Assembly (NCBI GenBank): GCA_963796275.1
Contig: CAWCKY010000007.1
Span: 352,001 to 416,000, forward strand
Origin: an uncultured Acidobacteriota bacterium
GTDB taxonomy: Bacteria > Acidobacteriota > Blastocatellia > RBC074
Length of the DNA: 64,000 nucleotides
Direction: 5' to 3'
Shown: in pieces, positions 1 to 9,542 of the stretch
How the letters are laid out: every line of letters begins with the position of its first letter
Numbering within the stretch: the first letter of the stretch is position 1
Program-made: the position numbers and the translations under genes
The notes under the pieces: model-generated
The model's database searches: none
Seen by the model: the letters and a program-made list of their open reading frames with translations, nothing else
Told to the model about the DNA's origin: nothing

Positions 1-428
1 AGCAGATCGTGCGCGGCGCAGGCGCGGTCAACGGAACCAACGAACTGCTGTTGGACGCGGCGGTGCGAGCGGCGGCGGCGAGCGGCAGCTGTTATCTCAC
101 CCTCGGTCTGTCGCCGCTCTCAAAACGAGGAGCAACACCGTCAGATTCCAATCCGCTCTGGCTGCGGATGCTGCTGACCTGGATGCGCGCTCATGGCAGG
201 CGATTCTATAACTTCGAAGGCGTGGATGCCTTCAAGGCGAAGTTCCAGCCAGATCGGTGGGAACCGGTCTATGCTATCGCCAATGAGCCGCGATTTTCAC
301 CGGATATGCTGTACGCTATCGCTGCCGCTTTCACCCAGGGGCGCCCTGTGAGTGCGGTTACCATTGCTCTTTGGCGTGCGCTTCGTCAGGAAGTTGAATG
401 GCTAGTGCAAAGAGAGATGCATATCTGA
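1..428 (+). CDS. C-terminal part of a DUF2156 / aminoacyl-phosphatidylglycerol synthase (MprF C-terminal-like) domain protein, 5' end outside window
   Basis: Motifs YLTLGLSPL and FYNFEGVDAFKAKFQPDRWEPVY match the aaPG synthase/DUF2156 C-terminus; the frame is open from the window edge. Confidence 0.8.
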   Translation, partial: QIVRGAGAVNGTNELLLDAAVRAAAASGSCYLTLGLSPLSKRGATPSDSNPLWLRMLLTWMRAHGRRFYNFEGVDAFKAKFQPDRWEPVYAIANEPRFSPDMLYAIAAAFTQGRPVSAVTIALWRALRQEVEWLVQREMHI

Positions 429-447
429 GTTTTGAGCGAGCTGAACC

Positions 448-1362
448 TCACAACTTATCGGTAATTCTTGCCGGATTCCTAAACCGGATCCTTGCAGCGA
501 TGGCCGCGGCAAAACGATCGGCGGCGCCGGCCGCGTGACCGAGGAACAGAACAGGCTCGGTGAGCTCAATCTCGATCAGGACTGGGGCGCCCTCCGGCCC
601 GGGCAGCAGGTCTACTCTGGCGTAGAGCAATCTTTCGGGACCTCCAGGAACAGCGGCGAGTACCTGTTCCGCAAGTGCCGACTGCGCTCTGGTTGGGCGT
701 TGGATTCGCAGGCCGGCCTCCCAGTCGTGCTGGAACCTGCGGTCTAGGCCGGTGTCCGGCCCGTCGAGAACGGCCCTCCTGCGCATCGCGTGGCTGAACG
801 CGCCGCCAACATAGACGAGAGATGTCTCCCCTTCAGTGTCAACTCCGGCAAGATAAGGCTGCACCATCACAGTTCGTCCGGCCAGCTGCAGGCGTCTGAC
901 GTGGTCAACGGCTAAGCCGCGCTGGCTGCCGTCGTCCAATCTATAGCGGCCCGTGTCCAGGCTGGCCAGGCTCACAGCCGGCTTAACAACCCACTCACCA
1001 TTCGTCGGGAATGTCCATGGCTGTTCCGGTTGTAACCAGATTGTTTGAACGACCGGCACCCCTGAGCCGGCGAGCTCCTGCAGATAGCGCTTGTCGGTAT
1101 TCCATTCAATCACATCTGCCGGATTCGCCAATCGGGGAACGCGATTCGCCCACGCGAGGAACTCCGAGCGCCGGTGTATGTAGTCCCAGGGACTGCGCAC
1201 GACGGTCAGGTCGAAGACAGACCAGTCGATATTCGGGTCGTCCCAGACGGCCGGCATAGCCGAGATGCCCAGTGCGGCGAGCGGATCGACCAGCAGCCTG
1301 GTGTCGGAGTCCAGCTCGGGGACCTCCCGGCACGTCACCAGCGCGATCATTGGTGTAGTCAA
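448..1362 (-). CDS. ATP-grasp ligase (RimK / glutathione synthetase-like)
   Basis: WNTDKRYL, WVVKPAVS, VMVQPYL, YARVDL and LIEIELTEP ATP-grasp motifs. Confidence 0.85.
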   Translation of the reverse strand: MTTPMIALVTCREVPELDSDTRLLVDPLAALGISAMPAVWDDPNIDWSVFDLTVVRSPWDYIHRRSEFLAWANRVPRLANPADVIEWNTDKRYLQELAGSGVPVVQTIWLQPEQPWTFPTNGEWVVKPAVSLASLDTGRYRLDDGSQRGLAVDHVRRLQLAGRTVMVQPYLAGVDTEGETSLVYVGGAFSHAMRRRAVLDGPDTGLDRRFQHDWEAGLRIQRPTRAQSALAEQVLAAVPGGPERLLYARVDLLPGPEGAPVLIEIELTEPVLFLGHAAGAADRFAAAIAARIRFRNPARITDKL

Positions 1363-1561
1363 TCTTGAACGGTCTCCTTACCCCTGAGTATTTGTGGAAA
1401 AGGCCTAAGGTACCTTTTGCGGCTTGCTCTCGCAAGCGAAGGGAGATGGATAATTATCCTCTAGCATGAGAGTTCTCCGGACGATCTTCCACAGGATGCG
1501 AATTGTTTCTTAATCACGGGTTTCGTCCGTCACTTAAGGGTTCGCGCTGCAATGCGACATT

Positions 1562-2305
1562 TCACTCAGTGGCCCCGCTCAAGATTCCGATCGTTCGTGC
1601 GTCGAACTTATACTCGATCGGATCGATCGGCGTCATTCCCCGGTCTCTGTCGTACTCCGCCGGGACGTACTGCAGCGAACGCGATGGAGTAAGACAGGCG
1701 AAGACCATACCAACTGTCATCGGTTTCGTGCCACCGGTAAAATCCGCGATGATCTCTTCTTCGGCCAGCCCGTCGAGTTGCTCGGCATAAATCCGGTCGA
1801 CTGTTTCTTTAGTCTTGATCAAATCCCACTCTTCACTGAGCGGAACGATAGAGATCTGGACGCCGGATTTTTTGTATTCGGTGACTATCTGTGCCGCCCG
1901 CGCCTGGGCTTCCTGGGTCGCTATCAACCAGAGCCTTTTCAGCGTTTCATGATGATAGGCAATAGCCCTGTCCAGATGTGCGCGTTGGGTCAGGCTGACA
2001 AATGCGATCAGGCCTTTACGCGGCGCAGGATTGGGTTTATCGAGAAACCGGTATACGTTACGGGACGTTAGCATGGCTCGGAAGACGCCCGCCGCATAGA
2101 TCGCTGTTACTATCAAAAACAGAATCACGCTCGAAACGATAAATATCACCCAAAGTCCCACCCGTTGCTCACCGATATAGGATTTGAGCAGATCACTGGC
2201 CATATTTCCCATCACAGCCACTAAAACGGCTCCCGATAGAAATAAGATGGGGAAGCGAGGGCTGAAAAGGAGTTCGAAGGTATTGCTTGTTTTACGTTTC
2301 GACAT
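1562..2305 (-). CDS. Membrane-anchored CARF-domain protein (Cam1-like architecture)
   Basis: Two N-terminal hydrophobic segments, then KGLIAFVS (CARF beta1) and IIADFTGGTKPMTVGMVFA (CARF DxTGGxK motif). Confidence 0.8.
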   Translation of the reverse strand: MSKRKTSNTFELLFSPRFPILFLSGAVLVAVMGNMASDLLKSYIGEQRVGLWVIFIVSSVILFLIVTAIYAAGVFRAMLTSRNVYRFLDKPNPAPRKGLIAFVSLTQRAHLDRAIAYHHETLKRLWLIATQEAQARAAQIVTEYKKSGVQISIVPLSEEWDLIKTKETVDRIYAEQLDGLAEEEIIADFTGGTKPMTVGMVFACLTPSRSLQYVPAEYDRDRGMTPIDPIEYKFDARTIGILSGATE

Positions 2306-2361
2306 GTTTAGCTTCGAGAGTGAGCTTGCGGGTTACTCGTAACTAGAGACGATTTTTACCG

Positions 2362-4011
2362 TTATTCCATGCGCTTGATGACCGACCCATTCAACCCCGC
2401 TTTTATCGCGCCGTCTTCAAAGGCTACACGCCCGTTGATAATGACCGACCTGATCCCCTTCGCCTCGCGTCGCGGGTTTTTAAAACTCGCTCGATCATCG
2501 AGCTGGTCATGATCGAAGAGAACTATATCGGCAAATGCCCCGGGTCTGATTACGCCGCGGTCCTTCAATCCGAAAATCTGCGCTGGATAAGCGGTCATCT
2601 TGCGGACGGCCTCTTCAAGAGTGAGTGTTCTATCCTGGTCGACAAATTTGGAGATGATGCGCGGGAATGCCCCATATGCCGCCGGATGCGGCAATCCGCG
2701 ACCATAGTCTTCGGCGTCCGTACAAAAAGCGCTCAGTCGGTGGCTTGCGTATTTGGCGAGCAGGTTGCGGTCTTTGCGTTCGCCTGTGACTTCGAAGATG
2801 AGCATCGATACCTGTCCGCGTTCTTCGACGATCAGATCGGCGATCGCATCGAAAGGCGTCTTCCCCGTGAGTTCAGCAAGCTCCGCCAGGCTGCAATTCT
2901 CGTACGCCTTGTTCCGCCGGCTCTCGACGTAGCCGATATAGATCGCGTCCCAACCCGTCGCTTTGACCAGGTTGTGCGGCCAGCCGCCCGCGCGCCACGG
3001 CGGCCAGGAGGGCTTTTTGCTCGCGATCTCGGCTTCCATCCTTTTCCGCGTTTTGATGTCCTGCAATCGTTCGATCAACCGATCGACGCCGCCTTCGAGA
3101 GCCCACGGCGGATAGATCGCGATCATCATCGTGGCCGCGGCGGTGTAAGGGAACATATCGAAGCTCACTCGCACGCCTGCACGCTCGGCCTCCTCTTCCA
3201 ATGCCAGCACTCGGTCGATCTTCTGCCAGTGACCGCGCCCGACGGCTTCGTTGTGCGAATGATGGATGCGCACGCCCGTCTCACGACCGACCTCGAGCAG
3301 TTCATTCACGGCGGGGATCAATGTCTCGCTCGAACCGCGTATGTGGCTCGTATAGATGCCGCCGAATCCGGCGACGACGCGCGCGAGGTCTTTCAGTTCG
3401 TTCGTGTCCGCATACATTCCCGGGGGATAGATCAATCCGGTTGAAAGGCCGAGAGCGCCGTCTTTCATCGATCGCTCGACCATCGCCCGCATTTTTTTCA
3501 TCTGGGATTTCGACGGAGCGCCTTTCGCCAGACCCATGGCCGAGATGCGGATCGGCCCGTGCGGTGCCAGCATGGCGATGTTGAGCGTAAGACCGTTGCT
3601 CTCGAGTTGATCGAGGTATTCGCCGACCGTCCGCCAGTTCCACTCGATCTGCCGCGGCGTCATCCATGCGTTGATCGCGCGAAGCAATGCTTCGGCTTGC
3701 GAGCCGGCGAGAGGCGCGCAGCCGAGACCGCAATTGCCGATGATAGTCGTGGTGATACCCTGACCGAGTTTGCATCGCATCAATCGGGATTGCTGCTTCG
3801 GATGAAGAGGCATAATGAGATCCGCGTGTGAATGCGGATCGATAATACCGGGAATGACCGTGAGATCTTTTGCTTTGATGACCTTCCCGGCTACGCCAGG
3901 GAATTGCCCGATGGCAACTATGCGATTGTTGTTGATGGCGAGATCAGCTCGGTAGGCGGGTTGACCGGTTCCGTCAATGATCCGACCGTTTCGTATTAAA
4001 ATATCGAACAT
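2362..4011 (-). CDS. N-acyl-D-amino-acid deacylase (D-aminoacylase, amidohydrolase family)
   Basis: ILIRNGRIIDGTG, PGIIDPHSHAD, GLSTGLIYPPG, HPAAYGAFPR, GVIRPGAFADIVLFD. Confidence 0.9.
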   Translation of the reverse strand: MFDILIRNGRIIDGTGQPAYRADLAINNNRIVAIGQFPGVAGKVIKAKDLTVIPGIIDPHSHADLIMPLHPKQQSRLMRCKLGQGITTTIIGNCGLGCAPLAGSQAEALLRAINAWMTPRQIEWNWRTVGEYLDQLESNGLTLNIAMLAPHGPIRISAMGLAKGAPSKSQMKKMRAMVERSMKDGALGLSTGLIYPPGMYADTNELKDLARVVAGFGGIYTSHIRGSSETLIPAVNELLEVGRETGVRIHHSHNEAVGRGHWQKIDRVLALEEEAERAGVRVSFDMFPYTAAATMMIAIYPPWALEGGVDRLIERLQDIKTRKRMEAEIASKKPSWPPWRAGGWPHNLVKATGWDAIYIGYVESRRNKAYENCSLAELAELTGKTPFDAIADLIVEERGQVSMLIFEVTGERKDRNLLAKYASHRLSAFCTDAEDYGRGLPHPAAYGAFPRIISKFVDQDRTLTLEEAVRKMTAYPAQIFGLKDRGVIRPGAFADIVLFDHDQLDDRASFKNPRREAKGIRSVIINGRVAFEDGAIKAGLNGSVIKRME

Positions 4012-4433
4012 TCTATACTTTGGGCCTGCACCCGCTTACTAAATTTTGCGCTTCTCTTCGTTTAAACCCCCGGATGTAAGCCTGATCAGAAATCTCACAA
4101 CAGAGTGCCGAGTCAAAAACGAATAGATCTATCGAGATGTGTGAGATGTCTAAATCGATCGCTCAGATGCGGAGGCATATCTCACTTCGCCGGCAGTATC
4201 GCCGAAATCGGGTCAATCCGGCAACAATCTGGAACCTCCCGTCTCCATAGAGAAAACGGGCCACTTGTATAATCCCGTGAAATTGACTAACCTCGATGCG
4301 CAAGAGCCAATCTTCCCCCACCTTGCTCGCAAAATCGGAGTGTACAATCCTCAATCTCATTCAGCAATTTGCTCCGAATCCGCGATTTCCGACAATACTA
4401 TTTAATTGACAACAACTAAGGAGGCTACATATC

Positions 4434-7286
4434 GTGAGTGATCACTTAAGGGTGTTTAAACTAAAGGGGTGGATTTTCGCATTATGGGCTATTATTTGCG
4501 TATTGTTAGTAATAGCCGCTGATCCAACTTCCTCAACCGCTACCTTTAGCGCTTCATCGGAAGTAAGTACTTATGTCGAGTTTGAAAGTGGTCAGGTGCG
4601 CCCGCTCGCAATATCACCGGACGGTACGAAGTTGTTTGCGGTCAATACTCCCGATAATACTTTGGAGATCTTCAATATTAGCTCCAAGGGACTCGCGTTA
4701 CAGGCACGCGTCCCGGTGGGTCTCGAGCCGGTGGCAGTCGCCGCGCGCAACGATCACGAGGTCTGGGTAGTCAATCATCTGTCAGACAGCGTGAGTGTCG
4801 TGAGCCTAACGCACACGCCGCGCGTGATCCGCACTCTGCTGGTTGGCGACGAACCGCGCGATATCGTCTTCGCCGGATTCCCATCCCGCGCGTTCATCAC
4901 GACAGCGCATCGCGGCCAGCAACGCACAGACTCGTCTATTGCCGGCGTTCCCGGCGCCGGCGATCCGCAGCTCACCACGCCCGGCATCGGGCGCGCGGAC
5001 GTTTGGGTCTTCAATCCCGCCCAATTGGGGGCGGCATTCGGCGGAAGGCCCGCCAGAATTATGTCATTCTTCACCGATACGCCGCGGGCTCTGGCGGTCA
5101 GTCCCGATAAGCGAACGGTCTACGTGGCCGGGTTCAAAACCGGCAATCAGACGACAACTGTTGCCGAGGGGATGCTGTGTGAGGGTTTCGATCCGCACAC
5201 CCCATGTACATCCGAGGATGGCTCGACCAGTCCGGGCGGCAATCCGGGGCCGGCCACTAACTTCCAAGGTGCGCAAGCGCCGGAGGTCGGCCTGATCGTC
5301 AAATTCAATAACGTCACCCAGCAGTGGGAAGACGAACTGGGCCGCAACTGGAATCACGCGGTTCGCTTCAGCCTGCCAGATCATGATGTTTTCGCCGTCA
5401 ACGCCGATACGCTGACGCAGACGGCGACCTTCTCGCACGTGGGGACGACGCTGTTCAATATGGTAACGAACCCGGCGACAGGCAAGCTCTATGTCTCGAA
5501 CACAGAAGCCTTCAACCATGTCCGGTTCGAAGGCCCTGGTAATTTCGGCGGGAGCACCGTACAGGGGCACCTGGCTGAAACGCGCATCACCGTGATCTCC
5601 GATGAGACGGTCGTGCCGCGACATCTCAACAAACACATCGACTACACCAAGCTCGCGGTCGATCCGGGTTTCGACCCGACGGCCAAGAACCACAGCCTGT
5701 CGACGCCGCTCGAGATGGCGGTGACGAGCGATGGAGATACGCTCTATCTCGCGGCGTTCGGATCGAGCAAGATTGGAGTGTTCGACACGACGGCCCTGGA
5801 GAACGACACCTTCGATCCGAGAAGCATCAGCGCGAATTACATCACGGTCAGCGGCGGCGGTCCGAGCGGGATGGTGCTGGACGAGGCGAAGGGGCGGCTG
5901 TATGTGATGACTCGTTTCGACAACTCGGTGAAGGTGATCGATCTGGCATCGAAGCGGGAGATTGCTCAATCGGGGCTGCCCAATCCGGAACCGGCATCGG
6001 TGGTTGCGGGCCGGCCGCTGCTCTATGACGCGACGCGATTCTCGGGCAACGGCGAGGCGTCGTGCGCGAGCTGCCATATCTTCGGAGATATGGACGACCT
6101 CGCATGGGATCTCGGTAATCCCGATGAGGTAGTTACGAAAAACCCGATACCCATCAATTTCGGGATTCTTTTCATGCTGGGGCTGCCGACCGGGTTAGAT
6201 GCGCCGATTAACGGCACTGGTACGGTCGACGACTTCCATCCGATGAAGGGGCCGATGACGACGCAGACGCTGCGCGGCCTGCGAACCGCGGGAGCTATGC
6301 ACTGGCGCGGCGATCGCGCCAACGGGGTCTTCGGTATCGACCCGGTCGACGCCGAGCTGTCGTTCAATAACTTTCTCGTCGCGTTCGACGGTCTCATAGG
6401 GAGCCCCGGCCTGCCGTCTGCTGCCGAGATGCAGAAGTTCACCGACTTCCAGTTACAGGTCCTGCCGCCGCCCAATCCGGTGCGCCGGCTCGACAACTCC
6501 TTAACCCCATCACAGCAACGCGGCCGGGATTTCTATATCGGATCGCGACCCGCCGACGGCGTCATTATCCCCAATGTATTCGAGCTTGCATTCAGCTGTA
6601 ACGGCTGCCATGTGCTGGATCCGGGTCAGGGCTTCTTCGGTACAGGCCGCAATGCGAGTTTTGAAAACGAGACCCAGATCGTAAAGATCCCACACCTGCG
6701 TAACCAGTACGCAAAGGCGGGTATGTTTGGCCATCCGAAAGTGGACTTCTTCGACGCGCCTAATAGCGGATTTACGGGCGAACAGATCCGCGGCTTCGGC
6801 TTTTTGCACGACGGCTCGACCGATACTCTCTTCCGCTTTCTCACCGCAACCGTATTTCGCCCGAATCCAAACACCGGCTTCCCTCAGATAAACCCGGACG
6901 CTACCAGAGCAGATGTCGAGCAGTTCCTGCTCGCATTCGACAGCGATCTCGCGCCGATCGTCGGGCAACAGGTGACGTTGAGCTATGCCAATCTCCTGAC
7001 GGCAGGGCAGCGCATCGATTTGCTAATCCGAAGGGCGGAAGCGCAGTTCATTTCGAAATCGCTGGGCGGCGCGGTGCGAGAGTGTGACCTGGTGGCTAAT
7101 GTCGCGCTGGGTGGCAGCATCAGGAGATTCATCTATGATCCGGGCGCCCGGAAATTCATTTCAGAAGATGGCAGGCTCCGCCTCCCGGATATCGCATTGC
7201 GCATACTCGCGCTGGTACCGGGACAGGAGGTGACCTATACCTGCCTGCCGCCGGGATCGGGGGCGCGCATCACCGGTACCGATTAA
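4434..7286 (+). CDS. Secreted YVTN/YncE beta-propeller protein with two c-type heme sites (cytochrome c peroxidase-like C-terminus)
   Basis: Signal peptide, propeller repeats (VPVGLEPVAVA, LLVGDEPRDI), CASCH and CNGCH; AAGGAGG RBS upstream of the GTG. Confidence 0.8.
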   Translation: MSDHLRVFKLKGWIFALWAIICVLLVIAADPTSSTATFSASSEVSTYVEFESGQVRPLAISPDGTKLFAVNTPDNTLEIFNISSKGLALQARVPVGLEPVAVAARNDHEVWVVNHLSDSVSVVSLTHTPRVIRTLLVGDEPRDIVFAGFPSRAFITTAHRGQQRTDSSIAGVPGAGDPQLTTPGIGRADVWVFNPAQLGAAFGGRPARIMSFFTDTPRALAVSPDKRTVYVAGFKTGNQTTTVAEGMLCEGFDPHTPCTSEDGSTSPGGNPGPATNFQGAQAPEVGLIVKFNNVTQQWEDELGRNWNHAVRFSLPDHDVFAVNADTLTQTATFSHVGTTLFNMVTNPATGKLYVSNTEAFNHVRFEGPGNFGGSTVQGHLAETRITVISDETVVPRHLNKHIDYTKLAVDPGFDPTAKNHSLSTPLEMAVTSDGDTLYLAAFGSSKIGVFDTTALENDTFDPRSISANYITVSGGGPSGMVLDEAKGRLYVMTRFDNSVKVIDLASKREIAQSGLPNPEPASVVAGRPLLYDATRFSGNGEASCASCHIFGDMDDLAWDLGNPDEVVTKNPIPINFGILFMLGLPTGLDAPINGTGTVDDFHPMKGPMTTQTLRGLRTAGAMHWRGDRANGVFGIDPVDAELSFNNFLVAFDGLIGSPGLPSAAEMQKFTDFQLQVLPPPNPVRRLDNSLTPSQQRGRDFYIGSRPADGVIIPNVFELAFSCNGCHVLDPGQGFFGTGRNASFENETQIVKIPHLRNQYAKAGMFGHPKVDFFDAPNSGFTGEQIRGFGFLHDGSTDTLFRFLTATVFRPNPNTGFPQINPDATRADVEQFLLAFDSDLAPIVGQQVTLSYANLLTAGQRIDLLIRRAEAQFISKSLGGAVRECDLVANVALGGSIRRFIYDPGARKFISEDGRLRLPDIALRILALVPGQEVTYTCLPPGSGARITGTD

Positions 7287-7292
7287 CAATAA

Positions 7293-7373
7293 AATAGTTT
7301 TCAGTTTTCAGTTTTCAGACTTCGATAACGCAGTCAGTAACTGGAAACTGAAAACTAAAAACTGAAAACTATT
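7293..7373. repeat. Palindrome with (TTTTCAG)n / (CTGAAAA)n heptamer arms between convergent genes; possible bidirectional terminator
   Basis: agttttcagttttcagttttcag ... ctggaaactgaaaactaaaaactgaaaact. Confidence 0.8.
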
Positions 7374-9198
7374 ATTGCGGCCCGGGGGTAGCGGTAGCGA
7401 TTGGCAGCGGCTTACTTTCACTCACCCCGCTACCCTCTTTTACAATATGAAGCTGATTGATGGCGACATTAGCTAACTTATCGACCTTGCCGCTGGGCCA
7501 TTCAATATCGACCCGCTCGATCCTTTCGACCAGTCCCAGTCCGAACGTGACGGGCAGTTCGCTCTGCGAGCAGTAGCTCGATCCGCTCCGCACCATCTGC
7601 CACTGCTTTGCGCCTCCAACGGGATAGATCGTGATCTTCGCGCCGATGCCGTCACGGTTCGATTTAGCACCTATCGTTCTGAATTTGACGAAGCGGTTTT
7701 GATTGCCGCCATCGTTGCGCAGGAGATATGCCGGGCCGCCGTTGGTTGTGACCAGGATGTCCGGGTCGCCATCGTTATCGTAATCGCCATAAGCGGCACC
7801 GCGCGCAACGATCGCCCGGGCGAATGGTTTGCCGGCTTTACGCGTGACTTCGGTGAATTTCCGTTTGCCCTCGTTGCGGAATATTTGCGGGCGCTGCGCG
7901 TAGGTGATCTTCGGCTGCACTTTATTGATATCGTCGGCTACGTGGCCGTTGGCCATGAAAATATCCGGCAGCCCATCGAGATTGTAATCGAAGAAGAATG
8001 TGGCGAAGGTCAGCGAGAGCTGCGTATCGCGGCCGACATTCGATGACGGCGCTTCGTCGATGAAGAGGCCCTGGCCCTGGTTGTGGAAGATGGCGAGCAT
8101 TTCGTTGGAGAAGTTGCCGACTATTATGCTCGGATTGCCCGATCCGTCGATATCTGCAGCGTCTGTTCCCATCCCGCCCCGCGCTTTGCCTTCTTCGCTG
8201 AATGCGACTCCTGAGGTTACTGCTTCGTCGCTGAATGTCCCGTTGCCGTTGTTCTTCCAGAGTTTGTTCGGCTGCGTGTCGTTGGCGACGAATATATCCG
8301 GCCAGCCATCGCGGTTGTAATCGAGGATGGTGACACCCAGAGATTTACCGGGCGGGTCTTCGATCATCCCAGCTTTTTCCGTCACGTCGACAAATTTGCC
8401 GCCGGCATTATGATAGAGGCGGGAGTTCTGGCCTTTGTACTTTTCGGGAGTGCAGTAGCTCTTGTTCGTGCCGTCGAGTGCGCAAAATGCGTCAGTTTCC
8501 GGCGACCATTCGACATAGTTGCAGAGGTATAAATCCAGTTTTCCGTCTTTGTCATAATCGACAAATGCAGCCGACGATGAAAAATATGGGGGGCCGGCCA
8601 ATCCGGTCTTCGTCGTCGAATCGGAGAATTTGCCGTTGCCGAGGTTGCGAAACAGACGATTCTGTCCGAGCGCCGTAACGAATAGATCATCCCAGCCGTC
8701 GTTGTCGTAATCGCCTACTGCTACGCCCTGTCCATATATCTGTTTCGCCAGACCCGACTGAGATGTGACATCGCTGAAAGTTCCGTTTTGATTATTGTGA
8801 TAGAGCGCCATGAACGAACGGCGTTTTTTCGGAGCTTCTTCAAAATCCATACTGTTAATCAGAAGGATGTCCTGCCAGCCGTCATTGTCATAGTCGATGA
8901 AGGCGCAGCCGGAGCCGTTGGTCTCGGGTAGATATTTTTTACCGAACGCTCCGTTGTTGTGGCGGAAACGAATGCCGGCCTGCTGTGTGACATCGGTGAA
9001 TTCGATGGGCGTAAATTTTGCCGGGTCCAGCGGTGTTGGCGATGGTGAGGACGATGCCGGCGGTGTCGAACTGGCTACTGTCTGCGGCGGCGTCGCATTT
9101 GATTGCGCATTATTCGAGTGTTGTTGGTGGCAGGCAGTAGTGAGTATTAACAAAAAGATAGGGCAGAGCGAAAAATAACGTACAACCGTATGCATCAT
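7372..9198 (-). CDS. CRTAC1-family lipoprotein (FG-GAP repeats plus ASPIC/UnbV domain)
   Basis: Lipobox LTTAC; repeated DYDNDG motifs; C-terminal NRDGIGAKI...GSSYCSQSELPVTFGLG...IEWPSG. Confidence 0.9.
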   Translation of the reverse strand: MMHTVVRYFSLCPIFLLILTTACHQQHSNNAQSNATPPQTVASSTPPASSSPSPTPLDPAKFTPIEFTDVTQQAGIRFRHNNGAFGKKYLPETNGSGCAFIDYDNDGWQDILLINSMDFEEAPKKRRSFMALYHNNQNGTFSDVTSQSGLAKQIYGQGVAVGDYDNDGWDDLFVTALGQNRLFRNLGNGKFSDSTTKTGLAGPPYFSSSAAFVDYDKDGKLDLYLCNYVEWSPETDAFCALDGTNKSYCTPEKYKGQNSRLYHNAGGKFVDVTEKAGMIEDPPGKSLGVTILDYNRDGWPDIFVANDTQPNKLWKNNGNGTFSDEAVTSGVAFSEEGKARGGMGTDAADIDGSGNPSIIVGNFSNEMLAIFHNQGQGLFIDEAPSSNVGRDTQLSLTFATFFFDYNLDGLPDIFMANGHVADDINKVQPKITYAQRPQIFRNEGKRKFTEVTRKAGKPFARAIVARGAAYGDYDNDGDPDILVTTNGGPAYLLRNDGGNQNRFVKFRTIGAKSNRDGIGAKITIYPVGGAKQWQMVRSGSSYCSQSELPVTFGLGLVERIERVDIEWPSGKVDKLANVAINQLHIVKEGSGVSESKPLPIATATPGPQ

Positions 9199-9284
9199 AA
9201 ATTGTGTTATCGAGGTTAATCGAGAGACCTAGATAACTGAAGACAGTGCAATTTAAAGTTGGTTATTATCAACAGATTCTGATT

Positions 9285-9443
9285 GACTCCGGAGGAGCCC
9301 GATGTATATAGCCTTCGATTACCCAAGTCTCACAAGCTCCGGAGGAGCGATATACAGACATTCATTCATTCATATGTCGCTCCTGCTGAGCTTGTGAGAT
9401 GTGGGAGAACGAGTTCTATAAACATCCCGCGCCGATGGCGCTC
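9285..9443. repeat. REP/REPIN-like nested palindromic element
   Basis: cacaagctccggaggagcgatata pairs imperfectly with tatgtcgctcctgctgagcttgtg; outer gatgtatatag pairs with ctataaacatc. Confidence 0.65.
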
Positions 9444-9542
9444 AGGACCGATATCGTTGATTCAATGATCTTTTATTTGCACACTCTTCAGATAACTATA
9501 ACTCAATACATCCAACCGTCTGAATGCTCCTGGCCCATTCTC

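Noticed and set aside
1395-1450. Hairpin with GAGA loop followed by CGCAAAAG upstream of the ATP-grasp gene, resembling a c-di-GMP-I riboswitch
   Set aside because: It lacks the conserved GGCAAA 5' segment and a recognisable P1/P3 arrangement
2509-6077. Long antisense ORFs such as 2509..3444 (+) and 5064..6077 (-), and similar ones at 18596, 58132 and 61348
   Set aside because: They are shadow frames of well-supported genes in GC-rich DNA, with no recognisable motifs
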